Positions 49,506 to 62,768 of a stretch of DNA of 64,000 nucleotides are shown in pieces (the first letter of the stretch is position 1; the number at the start of each line of letters is the position of its first letter). A program made the position numbers and the translations under genes. The notes under the pieces were generated by a model, which was not told the DNA's origin, made no database searches, and worked only from the letters and a program-made list of their open reading frames with translations. This DNA comes from Balanoglossus misakiensis (lineage: Eukaryota; Animalia; Hemichordata), in NCBI GenBank assembly GCA_040954595.2, contig CM082580.2, forward strand, positions 2,160,783-2,224,782, in the 5' to 3' direction.

Positions 49506-51426
49506 GTTTTTAGTTAACCCTATATGTAACACTTACCCAATATGTAATAACACCTTAACCCAATATGTAATACTAACCCAATATGTAATAACACCTTAAC
49601 CCAATATGTAATAACACTGCCCTAATGTATTTTAATACTAAGCTTAATGAAATACACCAAATCAATATGAAATTATATCTGAATATGAATTGAAATCCTT
49701 ACTAAACATGTTTTAAAACTAAACTCACTGTTTTTCATTAACCCAATATGTAATAACACCTTAACCCAATATGTAATAACACTGCCGTAATGTGTTTGAA
49801 TATGTAATATTAACCCAATAGAGTTGAAGTAAAACTCAAATCTGTATAAAAGTAGTGAAATCAAGTTGTGTACGCATGCGTGACATCAACATATTGTCTC
49901 AGATGGAAGCTTCCAGACATATACAGAGAATACCCAGGACACAATATTGACATGGAAAATTTCCAAATTTTAGACAGAGAATCTGATGTATTAATGAAGC
50001 CATATACATCAGGACACTTCAACCCTCACTTGTAGAGATGGGGGCAGGGGGGGGGGGGTTACACTTTACCATCAGTGCACACTACTTGCCCGTCAAAAGT
50101 GAAACAGATACTGATATTGAACGCCTTACACGTCAAGTATACCTTTCTTAATTTTGAAGTCCAAAAGCGGGGGTCATCTTTTTTTAAGAAACGTTTAGGG
50201 GGTTCATATACTTTTGCCACAAAACTTGTGCTTTTGAGTCCACAAAATTGCAGTTTCGCACCCTTTATTTTACAAAATTTTCTAATCCCCAGCGTACCCC
50301 CGCGGCCTCCCCACCTCGGGTGATACGGGACGAATGTGGGAAATTAGCCCGGTGGTTGCAGTCCCCGGGTGGGTGGATCCGTATACTAACAGCCGATAGT
50401 AATAGTTTTGCGAAATATAGCATAAAGCTAGAGGTTCAAACAACAAAATTTACCTTGATTTCATGTGGATGTAAAAATTAGGTAAATCTATCACTATGTT
50501 AACTTTACCAGGACTATCAAATGCTACCGGAACTTGCAAGTAATTCGTTGAGTTAAGCGGGAAATATGTTTCGAAAATATGTTATGAAAAAGGGTTTCCC
50601 CCTCTATCACCACCTCTATTGAAAATAGATGAAATAATATTATGGTCTTTTCCCAGAAAGACAAATGTACCCCCCCCCCCCCCGTAAAAAAATACAAGCC
50701 ACCATTACCATTACATATTGGGTTAAGTGTTATTACATATTGGGTTAATGAAAAACATTGAGTTTAGTTTTAAAACATGTTTAGTAAGGATTTTAATTCA
50801 TATTCAGATATAATTTCATATTGATTTGGTTTATTTCATTTAGCTTAGCATTAAAATACATTAGGGCAGTGTTATTACATATTGGGTTAGTATTACATAT
50901 TGGGTTAAGGTGTTATTACATATTGGGTTAGTGTTACATATTGGGTTAAGTGTTATTACATATTGGGTTAGTGTTACATATTGGGTTAAAGTTTATTACA
51001 TATAGGGTTAACGTTTATTACATATAGGGTTAACTAATAACGTTTTTTCATGTAGAATTAACGTTATTTCATGGAGAACTAAAGTTTATTACATATAGGG
51101 TTAACTAATAACGTTTTTTTCATGTAGAATTAACGTTATTTCATGTAGAACTAAAGTTTATTACATATAGGGTTAACGTTTATTACATATAGGGTTAACT
51201 GAAAACGTTTATTACACGTTAAATTCAAGTTTATAACATATAGGGTTAACGTTTATTACATATGCAGCTAGCTGATAACGTTCATTACATGTAGAATTAA
51301 AGTTTATTACATATTGGGTTAAGTGTTATTACATATTGGGTTAGTATTACATATTGGGTTAAGGTGTTATTACATATTGGGTTAGTATTACATATTGGGT
51401 TAATTATTACATATTGGGGTGATACA
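49506..51426. mobile_element. Duplicated, left-truncated copy of the TGT..ACA fold-back element
   Basis: Begins within the left arm at the duplication junction and ends GGGGTGATACA followed by GATCCC. Confidence 0.85.
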
Positions 51427-51645
51427 GATCCCCACTATCTCGAAGATCCAGAAGATGTGCAAACTATGATACGGGTTAGCATTTGCGCCTTTTCTATAAT
51501 AATTTGTTTACCTGTCCAATGTGTAATGTTTTGGGGTTTATTTAATGTCGTATTCCAATAACCAAGAAGGATTTCTATTCACGTTATAGGGTGTTAGTCT
51601 TGCTCAGAAGTTGATGAATACATTTCCAATTTGAATTTCCTATTT

Positions 51646-51678
<33 letters not shown>

Positions 51679-52373
51679 TGCTTGTGTGTTTTTGTGTGTT
51701 TCAAAACAGAGAAAAAATGGAAATGGTGCCACTTTGAAAGCTAAGTCTGGATTTTCTCTTCGGTTGGAGGATAACTCCATCTCATCTCAAGTTTCCCGAC
51801 TGTCCCCATGAGATAGACAGCGATGACTACCGGGAATACGTCATTCGTCACCTGACCTTCGCGATTTGGCACACTGTGGGGACCTGTAGAATGGGAGCGG
51901 CAGATGACCCCTCTGCAGTGGTTGACCCAGGCCTCAGGTGATAAACTATTACTGAGCTTTAAAAAACATCCCCTGTGCTTTCTTTCATTTAACTCCAATC
52001 ATCCTCTTTTAATATTTAGATGAACGACTAACATTTTGCGCTATCACATGAGTCAAACTAAATATGTTGAATTCATTTATATGTAGGTACGGTTATAACA
52101 ATGGCGCTTAATCACCGTATTTGTCCCCCTTTCCTCCGTAGCAATTCGGTTGTCCAATATTTGTGTCATGACCTGATGTCCCTTGAAATTTTTCATTTTC
52201 TCACCATGTCACATCACACCGATTCAAACTAGATTTCTTCCAGAGTACGAGGACTGGAGAACGTCCGTGTGGTAGATGCTTCCATAATGCCACACCTCCC
52301 ATCTGGAAACACCAACGCCCCCACCATTATGATCGCTGGAAAGGCTGCAGATATGATCAAACAAAACATGTGA
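51427..52373 (+). pseudogene. Duplicated GMC oxidoreductase 3' exons
   Basis: Copy of 43148-44094. Confidence 0.85.
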
Positions 52374-54022
52374 AAAAAGAGCCAAAGAAGGACAGAGGCG
52401 ATCGCAAAAATCTGACCGAAATGAAAACTTCTATATGCGTAAACTATCATTCTCAATAAAGCCTAACTGACTGTGAGTGATTTATTATCAAATACAACGT
52501 CTTCCACCCTTGTTTGACTTGTATTGATAATCATGTATGTCATTTCAAGGTCATTATTAAAATCTGAAAAAGGCTTCAATGGCGTCTCTTTGTGACCATT
52601 CTATATAATATTTAAGATAATTCAATCAATCGCTACAAAACAAAATAATACTTCTTCCCTGGTGAATTCTGAATGTAATGTAACACTACTGATTTCTGAT
52701 TAACATTTCGATACCATAAGATCCAACATTCCAAAAAACCACACGGCTATGCTTAGAACTCCCAACAGGGTTGGGTCACAATTCTCGCGTTAGATCGACG
52801 TTCGAACGCCCCGTTCTGAATTAACGCGACCCTGTAAAATAACATCACAATGCGCGCGTAAGTCCAGCATGAACGCAAACAAATGTAGTAGATGCAGAAC
52901 CCCATACCGAGGGTATTTACACAATTGCTGGCGGGGCATTCTGCGGCTATCCTCAAACTACAGGGCCGATAATAAGATAATTAATCAACCATACACTTTC
53001 AATTAGGTTAATTTTGACGTATGGGTCGTGTTTCGAGAAAGTAAACAGCGGATGATCGTAAAAAAATTATATGTTACAACCTTTTCAAAAAGTTAATTAT
53101 CGGACACCACGGTGTCTTAAAATGTTCGTTTGGCAGGAATATACGACCATGTCACTGAGGGCGATGGCTGTGTTTGTGACGTACGCCTCTATTGTACGAC
53201 TCAGGAATATTAATGTATATTTCCAATGTATAATTTTATTATGGATAAGACAATGTAGGCATCGTTGCCCAGTGTTGAGGGTGCCAAACTGACTAATCCC
53301 AGATATTTGTTCAACTTTTATTTTACGGGATTCCAATCTAGGCATTTCGCCGCATCAATTCACGCAATGGACACCCTATTCCGAATTCCGTGGGTGACGC
53401 ATAAAATACAGTGTTTAATTACACTTTTGCTTAATACATAAAACCCAATAGAATGGCTAATGCTGTGTGTATAGCTGTTAAATTGAATCGAATGTAAAAT
53501 GTTAGCAACAAAGTAAATAAAAGTTAACAGAAAATAACAAAAAGTTAATCCTAATTGAATTCATATTATTATTATGGTTGCCAGGCTGTCTCGGCGTAAT
53601 TCAGTCAATCAGCCTTGTGTTACGGTGGATGGGTACTAAAGTAACACCTTTCGCAAATAAATTGAAAGTGTTTTTATCAACCCCCTCTGTGAAATAACTT
53701 CAATTATTTCATATGTACCACAGTATTCCAAGCGGGCCGTGCAATAATAATTCTGGTATTTTTGCGAGCTCATATGCAAATGAGCATCCAGAAGAATAAG
53801 ATCCCCCATTTCCCCTTCAATCGATCGTATCTTTCAAAGTTTAACCCTCGTTCTGTTACACAATCACTTGGAGTTCATATAAACCTCCGGAGGATATAAC
53901 AAAAGTTTTATTTCAGTCGCAAAAAAGTCGATTGTTGTTTTAGTTGTGCGCGTGACAAAGTGGTATTTTTCACAACCCATATGCAAATGAGTAAAAACAA
54001 GGTAAAAACAAGCCGGACTACG

Positions 54023-55254
54023 TAATTGTAATTGATTTATTTTATCGAATGAAAAAATTATATACATATGAATATTGGAACAAAGAAAAAGATAAAATAC
54101 TATTCATCCGATATGGTCACGGAATTAGTTCGTTAGGAACTAGTCTAGTCCGTGACCAGTACAAATGGAAGATTCCAATTGAAAAAGGAAAATACACGAG
54201 TGCTGAACTGAGGAGTCAATTATATACTATAAAAGAAGTAAACAATATTTGGCAGGGAAATAAAATGGATATATAAATAAATTGACAAAGTTAAGTAGAT
54301 AAATACATGGTCTTGTAAATCAGAAAATCGGTGGAAGTCTTACGCAATCTGTTCGTCATGGAGAAGGTGGGCTTTTAACATTTTCTTAAATGAGTGTCGA
54401 GATGTGATCCTTTTTATATGTATTGGGAGGGAATTCCATAGATTGGTTGCTGCATATTTTATGTGGTGTTTACTTTGTGTAAGACTAATTCTGGGTATAT
54501 AAAAGTTTTCATCAGTGGAAAAACGGGTGGGATAGTTGTGGGGAATAGAGTGAATATAACGGGTTTTGTCCTGGGCATAATGGTCGTTTAACATATCAAA
54601 AACAAAAAGACAAGTTTGAAATTTACATAACTTAAAAACGTCTAAGATACCAAGCTGTCTAAATAGGGGGGGAGTGTGGGCACGGAAGTCGGAAAACGTT
54701 ATCAGGCGAGTGATTTTCTTTTGTAAAAGAAAAATTGGTTCCAAGAAAGTCGTAAAAGTATTGCCCCAAATTTCGATGCAGTAAGTGATGTGTGGGAGGA
54801 TAAGCGAGTTGTAGAGCAGGAGAAGAATATATTTTGGAACAAAGTGGCGAAGTTGAGAGATAATACCGATTTTCGGGGCAATAGTTTTTACGACCCTCTG
54901 GATATGCGTTTTCCAGTTGATATTTTGATCGAGAGTGACCCCCAAGTATGTGGCTGATGGGACACAATCTAGTCTTTTCCCGTCAATATCTAAAGTCCCA
55001 TTGATGACTACATGTTTGCGGGATGTTTTCACTATCATATAATTTGTTTTGTCAACATTGATAGTGAGTTTATTAGCCCGACACCAATCACAAACTTTGC
55101 AGAAATCAGAGTTAACTTGTGTAAGGTCAATGTGGTGGTTATTGATGAACTTGAACAGATTGGTATCGTCTGCAAAAAGGCGGAAGTTGAAGGCTTTCGT
55201 TGAATTGGCGATGTCGTTGATGTAAATTAAAAATAAAACTGGGCCAAGTATTTT
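54023..55254 (-). mobile_element. Duplicated 5'-truncated LINE RT fragment
   Basis: Copy of 45744-46975; ORF 54340-55353 encodes an identical protein. Confidence 0.88.
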
Positions 55255-58200
55255 GTTTGTAAACATTGAACGCCGTCGGCAGAGCTGGAGTATGATCGCC
55301 GAAACGTGGGAGCTGTCGCTCGTAAAAATACTCGGAAGAATACACCTTCTCACTCATGAAAATAATATCCATACTGCACAGATCGCGCGCAGAGGTCATG
55401 AAGTTCTGTCATATAAGTATGCTTTGTATTACACGCCAGATCACACTTCTCCTCAGAATACAACTTGGTACGTAACTTTTTCCAAACGCCCAGCACAAGA
55501 AGACCGACGTAGACATGAAGAACATACAGCCAGAACGCAACGCCTTCATTAACATATGCAAATGCAGAATCTGATTCGAAAAACGAGACCGTTGCACTGA
55601 GCCCCGAAAAGGGTGTCTGAATTGGGTCATTTTTTTCCCCAACTTTGGTCATCAACCGCTATTAATGGCGATCGTTCTGAGTATTTTTGTTGGATTTATT
55701 TGATAGTACATATATCGAACTATATCTCAAGGAGTATTTTTGATGATTAATGCAGTAGTTTCAGAGAAATAACGAAAAGTACAGAGTAATGAAAATTCAC
55801 GTTTTGGAAACATGCCTCGCTAAATTCTTGAACGGACTGTTACACCAACTTGTTGTACAAATCCAATGACATATTTATAAAATATAGGCATTGATCCTTC
55901 TTACTGTGAAGTTTGTATACTTTCTGGGGCATATTAACGAAGTTATAACGGTTTTAATTTGTTTACTTTTTGCTGTGACGAGTTCATTTTCAGTGGGAAA
56001 TGGCGGGAGTTTACAGCGTAACCCATTGTCGAGCGTTCAGTGCAGAATGTGTGTATATTGTTTACGTCCCACATGTACATGTAGTGTTGATAAAGGCACA
56101 TGTTGGAAATGGGTTCATTGTATATCGGCTATTTAGACTACCTTTTATTATTGAAAATTATCGATGATCATCGAGATCTGCCTAAACTACGTTAGCACTG
56201 GCGGCTGCGTGTATGTATTGCAGGGTTGTGTGCTTACGGCGCGGCGTAACCCTGCAATCGCGATGCCTCCATACCACAGCTTTTGGAAGAATAAAATACA
56301 GATTTCGTCGAATGTGGTGTTTCACAAAAAGAAAAACATTATTGAGCGACAACACAAACGTTTGTAAAAAATCAGTCCGGTTCTTTCAACTCCACAATCG
56401 CGTTAAACAGAGACTGCAAAGAGCGACTTGGATAATTGCGTATTTACTAGTGTTTACATCAGCGGCCGGGAAACCTCGGGTCACGTAGGTCATGTGACGA
56501 CTTCCGGGTAAAATCACCCGTTTTTTAGCGAAAATTCTTGAACTGACCGTTACACTTGTATCTTTACCAAATTTTTTTACACGGTCATTTAAAGTGTAGA
56601 AAAACCCACATAACCCTGAAATATGTAAACTTTCCGGGGCATATTATGGATACTGGAAGCGAAAAACTGGACCATATTTTCGACCGCTAGAGTAACCTTC
56701 GGAAAATCGCCATAATATCAATATTTCAGTAAATAATTCTAAAATCCATTTGGATGGCACGAAAGAAGACATGTCAGGAGAGGTTTTCGCTTTTACATGA
56801 TTTAAAATAATGCACTCTAGCGAAAGTTACGGCAAGTTGAAAATGCCTCAAAAAACGGTCTGTGAGCGGCCATTCAAAATGTAACGGTCCTGATCTGGAT
56901 AGGCGATAATATGCTAATGAGGGTGTTGCGTTCTGGCTGCATAGTGGTAGTATTCTGACTGTTAGCTGTAAGCAGTTACTTCAGCTTCGCGGATGTAAGT
57001 GCTTTTTTCGTACCAGACTAAAATGTGCAGTTTTCTCGATTTGCCGTCAGTACCGTGAGTGCCTTGCTTCATTCTTCGCAATAGACAATCGAGTGAGTAC
57101 AAATATACGCTGTAAGTGTATATAGCGGTAATTACTGTTTATAGATAAGTGGCATGCAGCTCGGTGTAACCCCAACTGCCACGTTTAAAAGAACGATTCA
57201 AGCGCAAAAAATAAGATAGCAAAATTTGTATGCCGACAAATTATTTTCAATTTTCTAAATATGACTCGCGTTTCGCATGTAGCATGTTTAACACAAGGTA
57301 TTCTGTAATAGAGAACCACCTCCCCCTCAGTGGTTCTTGGTTTCGAATCGCCGAGGGCCGCAGGCCCGAGGCGATTGGAAACCAAGAACCACTGAGGGGG
57401 AGGTGGTTCTCTAACTGAAACCACGATCGTGACGTCACACTATTCAATAGACAAGTCATTCACTGAGAGAACCTCCGTCTCACACAAAACCACAGGTTGA
57501 AAACCAAGTCCCGGGTAGTTCTAGAACTACCTCCGGGGGTTCTAGAACTACCGCAGGACTCAGTCTCACCTGTCGTAACAAAAATACAAATACACAATGC
57601 TTTATTTGCATAATTACATTTACTTCTATACCTGTATTCAAAGTACATTTCATTTGAATAGAGTAATTGTTATGTTAATTGAAAGCGAACTGGATATGCG
57701 ACAGTCTCCGGATCATTTCATTCAATGCTTCACATTCACAGTTTTGTCTACTGGCGTACAAAGCTAATGTCTTGGTGGCTCTCGAGAGTCTTCATAACAT
57801 GATAATAAAAGTATAAAATAGACAAAAATCAATTCACCAGAAACAAACTAACGTTGCAATAAATTCACTACAAATTTCTAGAAAATTATACTAAATCACA
57901 TTATCCCCAGATTTGCTTGTATTACTCTAACCAGATGCTTCACTTCGATTTTGCTTCACTACCGACATGTAACAAGGTTGGCTGTTTTAGGCCTACTGTT
58001 TAACAAAACCCGCGTACCTTGCAAAATTCTGCTTACTTTTTGTTGCTGTTCACCAGACGTGGGTTTGTAATGTCGGACGGATTCACTTCGGTATCAAGTA
58101 TTTTCGCAGATGAGTTACTCACCAATATATCGCTACCATACAGACGCGTTGCCGCTGTGGCTCGTAGAGAGTGGTTCGTTCAAAAGCCAGGGAGGCCAAT

Positions 58201-59112
58201 ACACAGACGGGCAGTAGTACCATGTAGAGCATTGTGACCCGGTTTTTGCTTTACCAACATGTAGCCGCTTGTTTTCGCAGATGATATAGATCGGAACTAC
58301 ATGTATCTTCAGATCGATTTCATGGACATTTGAAGGAAAAAAAAAAAAAACGTGACACTTACATGTAGGCCTACTGCATTTGGCCTAGAAAATTTTCGCG
58401 TAAGCTTACCATGTGCACGCAAAACCCCAATAGCTGTAACCCTTCCCATAATACACTACGTAACACACCTGTAAAGTTTAATTTGATGCAAATTAGTGTT
58501 TGAAATGAGCATATCACTCCGACACGTAAGTATGAACATTTAGAGTAACACCTGTCAAGCGTGGGCGATCTTGTAAGGCCCAGCAGGGCGGTCTAGAACT
58601 ACCTGCCCACGACATGATTCATTTATAGGAAAAGGGGTGGCCAACCAAATTTCACAGTCAGCAATGAAGAATAAGCCTCTTTTGATAAGCTTTTGTTCGT
58701 TCATTTTATTGAATCGTTGAGTAAAACGACGTCTTTGTGGTACACGAAGCTCCAATGGTGACAATGTCTGTGGGGGATCGTGGTTTAAGTGGTCATATAA
58801 AATTGTAAAGACGTCAAGTAATTGATTTAATCACCCAACCTTATATGTGTGTTTAAGACATATTTTTGACGAAGTGTTCTTTCCGACATAACATATGGAA
58901 GATTTTCCGATGGCGATTCAATATGCTGTTTACATATTGTTTCTCTAAGGTGTCAGCAACATGTTTAGATCTAGAATTGTAATTTCCACGTGCGCCTGGC
59001 TGCCATTGGCGCGTATCCACGCCAAGGGCTGACGTGGTGTACCGTGCATGGATACGTCTAAGCCGAAAACTTAATCAGCCCAAATACTTTTGCTGTGTTG
59101 TTTTATGCCCAG

Positions 59113-60635
59113 AGCAAATCGTACTCACTGACAGTGAATGTCGACCGGGACGAGGAACAGGAATTGGTGACCCTGGATGAAGAGAAGAACGTGGAGATAT
59201 ACCAACCGGACGGTTCTCAGCCACAAGTTGTGGCCGACTTCGATACTGTCAGTAATATCATATCAGACGCAATGTAGTACACATATCTATAGTAGGTTTA
59301 ACTTACGACCACTTTTAAGGGTGAACTTGATTTCACTTTACAGCGAATTTACATGTTAACTTCTGGTCTCTTATGTCTTCTCATGTGGGGCACCGTTTCT
59401 CTATCATGTACACTCTATCGATTTGAATGTTCCTATTGGGTAGACTAACTAACTCCCAATATTTGTTTTCAGGGTCTTTTTGCCATCGTGTATGATAAAA
59501 CAAATGAGTGTTACGTAGCTCCGCTTGAAAATGACATTTTTGCCAAACCATCCGACTTGAAAGCCATCCTTGAGGCTCATGAGGTATGTATACTAAACAT
59601 TTTAATCCAGTCTGTCGATCCTCACCCAGTATACTTGACAGTGAAGTTTCTTTGACAGAAGTGATCAATGCAGCAAACATTGTCGTAAAGCTAACAACAT
59701 TATGCCAACCATATATGATTGTCATTTTATTTGAAGCTAACAACATGATTCAATCATATACTAGAGTCAAACAATGAACTCAACGAAATAAATGAATACA
59801 ATATGATGAATTCAAGAAGTTTTTTTATAATAAATAAAATACATCTTTCTTTATTTTGGAATGATCTTAGAAATTGGAGTTCGATGCAGAACGGAAGAAA
59901 TACTTCACCGTAGCTGACGACCCACTGAAAAACGAATATGTGGTTGGAGAGACCATTGCCAGCAAATGTGAAGGGAGACCCATCTATTGGTTGGAAGCTG
60001 CTGGACGCCACCGACTAGGTAAGTGCAAATCTCACAGTAAACAGCAGCGGTTATAATACCACATCCTATCTGATACGTCAATGATAAACATCATTTATGA
60101 GCATGTTAATGATATTATTGTCCGATTTTCATGTCATATCTATAAGAAGCGCATAAATATATTAGTCCATAGTTGAAACACTAATTGCAACTCAAGATGA
60201 CGTAGCAAAAGCAAGAGAAACTTGTTTTACAACAGGAGAAAGGATACAATCTTTAGCTAATCTTCAGTCTATAATTTAATAATACTTATAAACATTTACA
60301 CATCTTCAAGTAAGAACACATTCCATTGCTCTGATACAGCTATCTAGTATGTATTTACCTGCAACGTTTCTTGAGAGCATAACTCATTATAAGAAGTCAC
60401 TTTACCGATACTATCTGACTTGTGAACTTGACACACAACTAAATTGTTAATATGTTGCTTAAGATCCGCCAAATCGACCATCAAGATTTGTGTTTTGTCT
60501 TCTGATGACGAAATCCAGAATGACTGCAATATTGTGGTTGTTCTAATGACAACGTTTTCTGTCTTTTTTACAGAGAAGCGTGACTGCAAGTTATACTGTG
60601 CTTTGTCTGTGTTGTGTTGGCCTGTCTGCGACTAG
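59113..60635 (+). CDS. BRICHOS-domain peptide precursor, 5'-partial; exons 59113-59247, 59473-59583, 59871-60018, 60574-60635
   Basis: The spliced frame is open: ..VVADFDTGLFAIVYDKTNECYVAPL..VGETIASKCEGRPIYWLE.. (BRICHOS Asp and two Cys), then RHRLEKR|DCKLYCALSVLCWPVCD and stop. GT-AG introns in phases 0, 0, 1. No signal-peptide exon identified. Confidence 0.82.
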
Positions 60636-60699
60636 GTCGAAGGGAACAATGTTCGAATTACAGTCAATGGATTTTCTGCAGTGTCGACTATAGTAATTA

Positions 60700-60782
60700 A
60701 TATAAATAAATAAATAAATAAATAAATAAATAGATAAACAAACAAACAAATAAATAAATAAATAAATACATACATAAATAAA
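60700..60782. repeat. (AAAT/AAAC)n microsatellite with multiple AATAAA in the BRICHOS gene 3' UTR
   Basis: Directly visible. Confidence 0.85.
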
Positions 60783-60926
60783 TGTCAAAGCATCTAAAAG
60801 TGTACATTATCTAGTTTGTCATCTATGTTTTCCCTGCTTCACGTACACTCAATCCCTCACTCATCACTCATACCCCACTTCCGCTACGGGGCTCTTGAAA
60901 CGCCGTACACTGATGAGCCCAAGCAC

Positions 60927-60990
60927 AAGTCTCGGTTACCCAGACTCCTTTGCTTCTTCTTCTGCAGAGGAGTATGGGTAACCGAGACTA
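60927..60990. mobile_element. 64-bp minimal AcademH-family hairpin element
   Basis: AGTCTCGGTTACCCAGACTCC..GGAGTATGGGTAACCGAGACTA has the same termini as the 13782 MITE. Degenerate 9-bp TSD CCCAAGCAC / CCCAAGTAA (7/9). Confidence 0.72.
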
Positions 60991-61535
60991 CCCAAGTAAC
61001 TTTTAAATCTATGGTAAATATTTAAAGTCGTCGTTTCTGTTTCCAACGTTATTACAAGTTAGATTGATTGATTGATTGAATGTTTTATTGATTGATATGT
61101 AAACAAAATGTGCCAGTTTATATTTTCATCTAATAAAGACTAGTTACACACCCCAAAGAGATTGATGTCAGTTTGATGTCAGTTTGTCACCATAGGTCAA
61201 TGAATGGAGATTTTTATTTAACTCTTTCAGTGTTAAGAACTTACAAGCCACAAATTTTGAACAGAAATCCTTGTTCATGTGTACTTTTCAGACACATATC
61301 AACTTTATTTTAGATCCAGAATTCAAGAAATGTTACAAGCTAGTGACATAATAATAAACGATTTTTTAAAATGTTCATAAAAATCAAACTTATATTTTTC
61401 TTTTAAGAACCAGACTTATTGTATTCATAGTTGACAAAAGAAATGACTAATTAGGTCACAGTTTGGGTTTTTATTCATTCATAAGGCTCTTGTATCCTGT
61501 CATTAACTTGTCACCATTATTTTTTTTTATTTCAG

Positions 61536-62768
61536 GCACTATCTCCTGAAGTTTACCATGACCCCACTGAAGATGTAAAGCATACTTCAAAGAAAAGGCT
61601 ACTGTTTCCTGTCAGCGATGGTTGTGAGCCGCTACCAAAGAAACCAAAACGTGAACTGTGTGACTCTATGAGAGTGTCTTATTATAAAGACACACACATT
61701 TTGTGCCAAGACGAACTGCAGACTATTGTAAATGCCATTGAAACTCATTTAGTTAATACAAAACCTGAGAATGATAACATTTTGGTTTTAAGAAAAGTAT
61801 TATCCATTGTTTTAAAACTATTGGGAACACTACGAGAGCTCTATGATACAAAAATAGAACTCCATGAATTCAACCGATTTTTATTGAGGAAATTTGCTGG
61901 ATCAGATGAAGAAATTCAATTTTGGACTGGATTCTATTCATATAATGCCCTGATGTACTTTTACACAACATTCACAAATTTGAAGTATTGGGGTACAGAT
62001 AACAGCAGTCAAGATAAAGCTGTTAAATGTAGTCCACGAAGGCAGTTACACCCATCTGATGATTTTTTTAACCCTTGTTAAACTAAAACAAGGCAGTGCT
62101 AATGAGGATCTAGCAGAGAGATTTGGACTGAGTGACTCCACTGTATCTCGAATTTGGCTTACTTACCTGAAACTCATGAGACAGATCCTAGAAAAATTGG
62201 TTGAGTTCTCGAAAAAAAATACATGGTAGAGAGTTTCAAACAACTATATAGTGCTGTTGTGACAGTTTTAGACTGTACAGAGTTTGAACTAGAAAGGGCG
62301 TCAGATTTTGAAGTACAGGCTGCATTGTACTCAGACTACAAAAGTAGATGCACTGCAAAAGCATTGGTGGGATTATCTCCATCTGGGGTCCCCAACTTTA
62401 TCTCAGACCTCATGGAAGGCAGTATCAGCGACAACTCCACCACCATGAGAAGTGGTATTTTAGAAAAAACTAAAAAAAGGGGATGCCATCATGGCAGACA
62501 AGGGCTGGACTAATAAAAATAGTCACAACATGGCATCCGCCTAGTAACACCACACTTCTTACGAAATAAAACACAATTTGAGATTCCAGAACTCGTGGAA
62601 TCAGTTTCCATCGCGAGAGTCAGAATACACGTTGAATGATGTATTGGTAGAATAAAGCAGTGGAAAATACTCGGTCGCAGGTTATCACTCATAGAGTGGA
62701 ATGCGCTAAACGACATCTGGAAAGTGTGTGCTCATTTAATTCTTTTTTGGCCCCCAATCATGGACTAA
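61536..62768 (+). pseudogene. Second ISL2EU/Harbinger-type DDE_Tnp_4 transposase, degraded
   Basis: QFWTGF, NEDLAERFGLSDSTVSRIW, VLDCTE..YSDYKSRCTAKALVGLSPSG, GSISD, MADKG and IARVRIHVE*CIGRIK, spread over several frameshifts and stops. Confidence 0.85.

Larger units (their letters stand above)
41229..57498. repeat. Tandem segmental duplication, ~8.28 kb + ~7.99 kb (41229-49505 / 49506-57498)
   Basis: ORF sets repeat at offsets 8277/8279 and then 7990. The junction CACAG-GTT-TTTAG at 49506 has GTT microhomology. Confidence 0.95.

Noticed and set aside
57499-59112. Signal-peptide exon of the BRICHOS gene; GTAGTTCTAGAACTAC motifs as TIRs
   Set aside because: No ATG-led hydrophobic frame with a phase-0 donor was found by eye, and the motifs near 57515-57552 and 58590-58608 give no clear ends or TSD.
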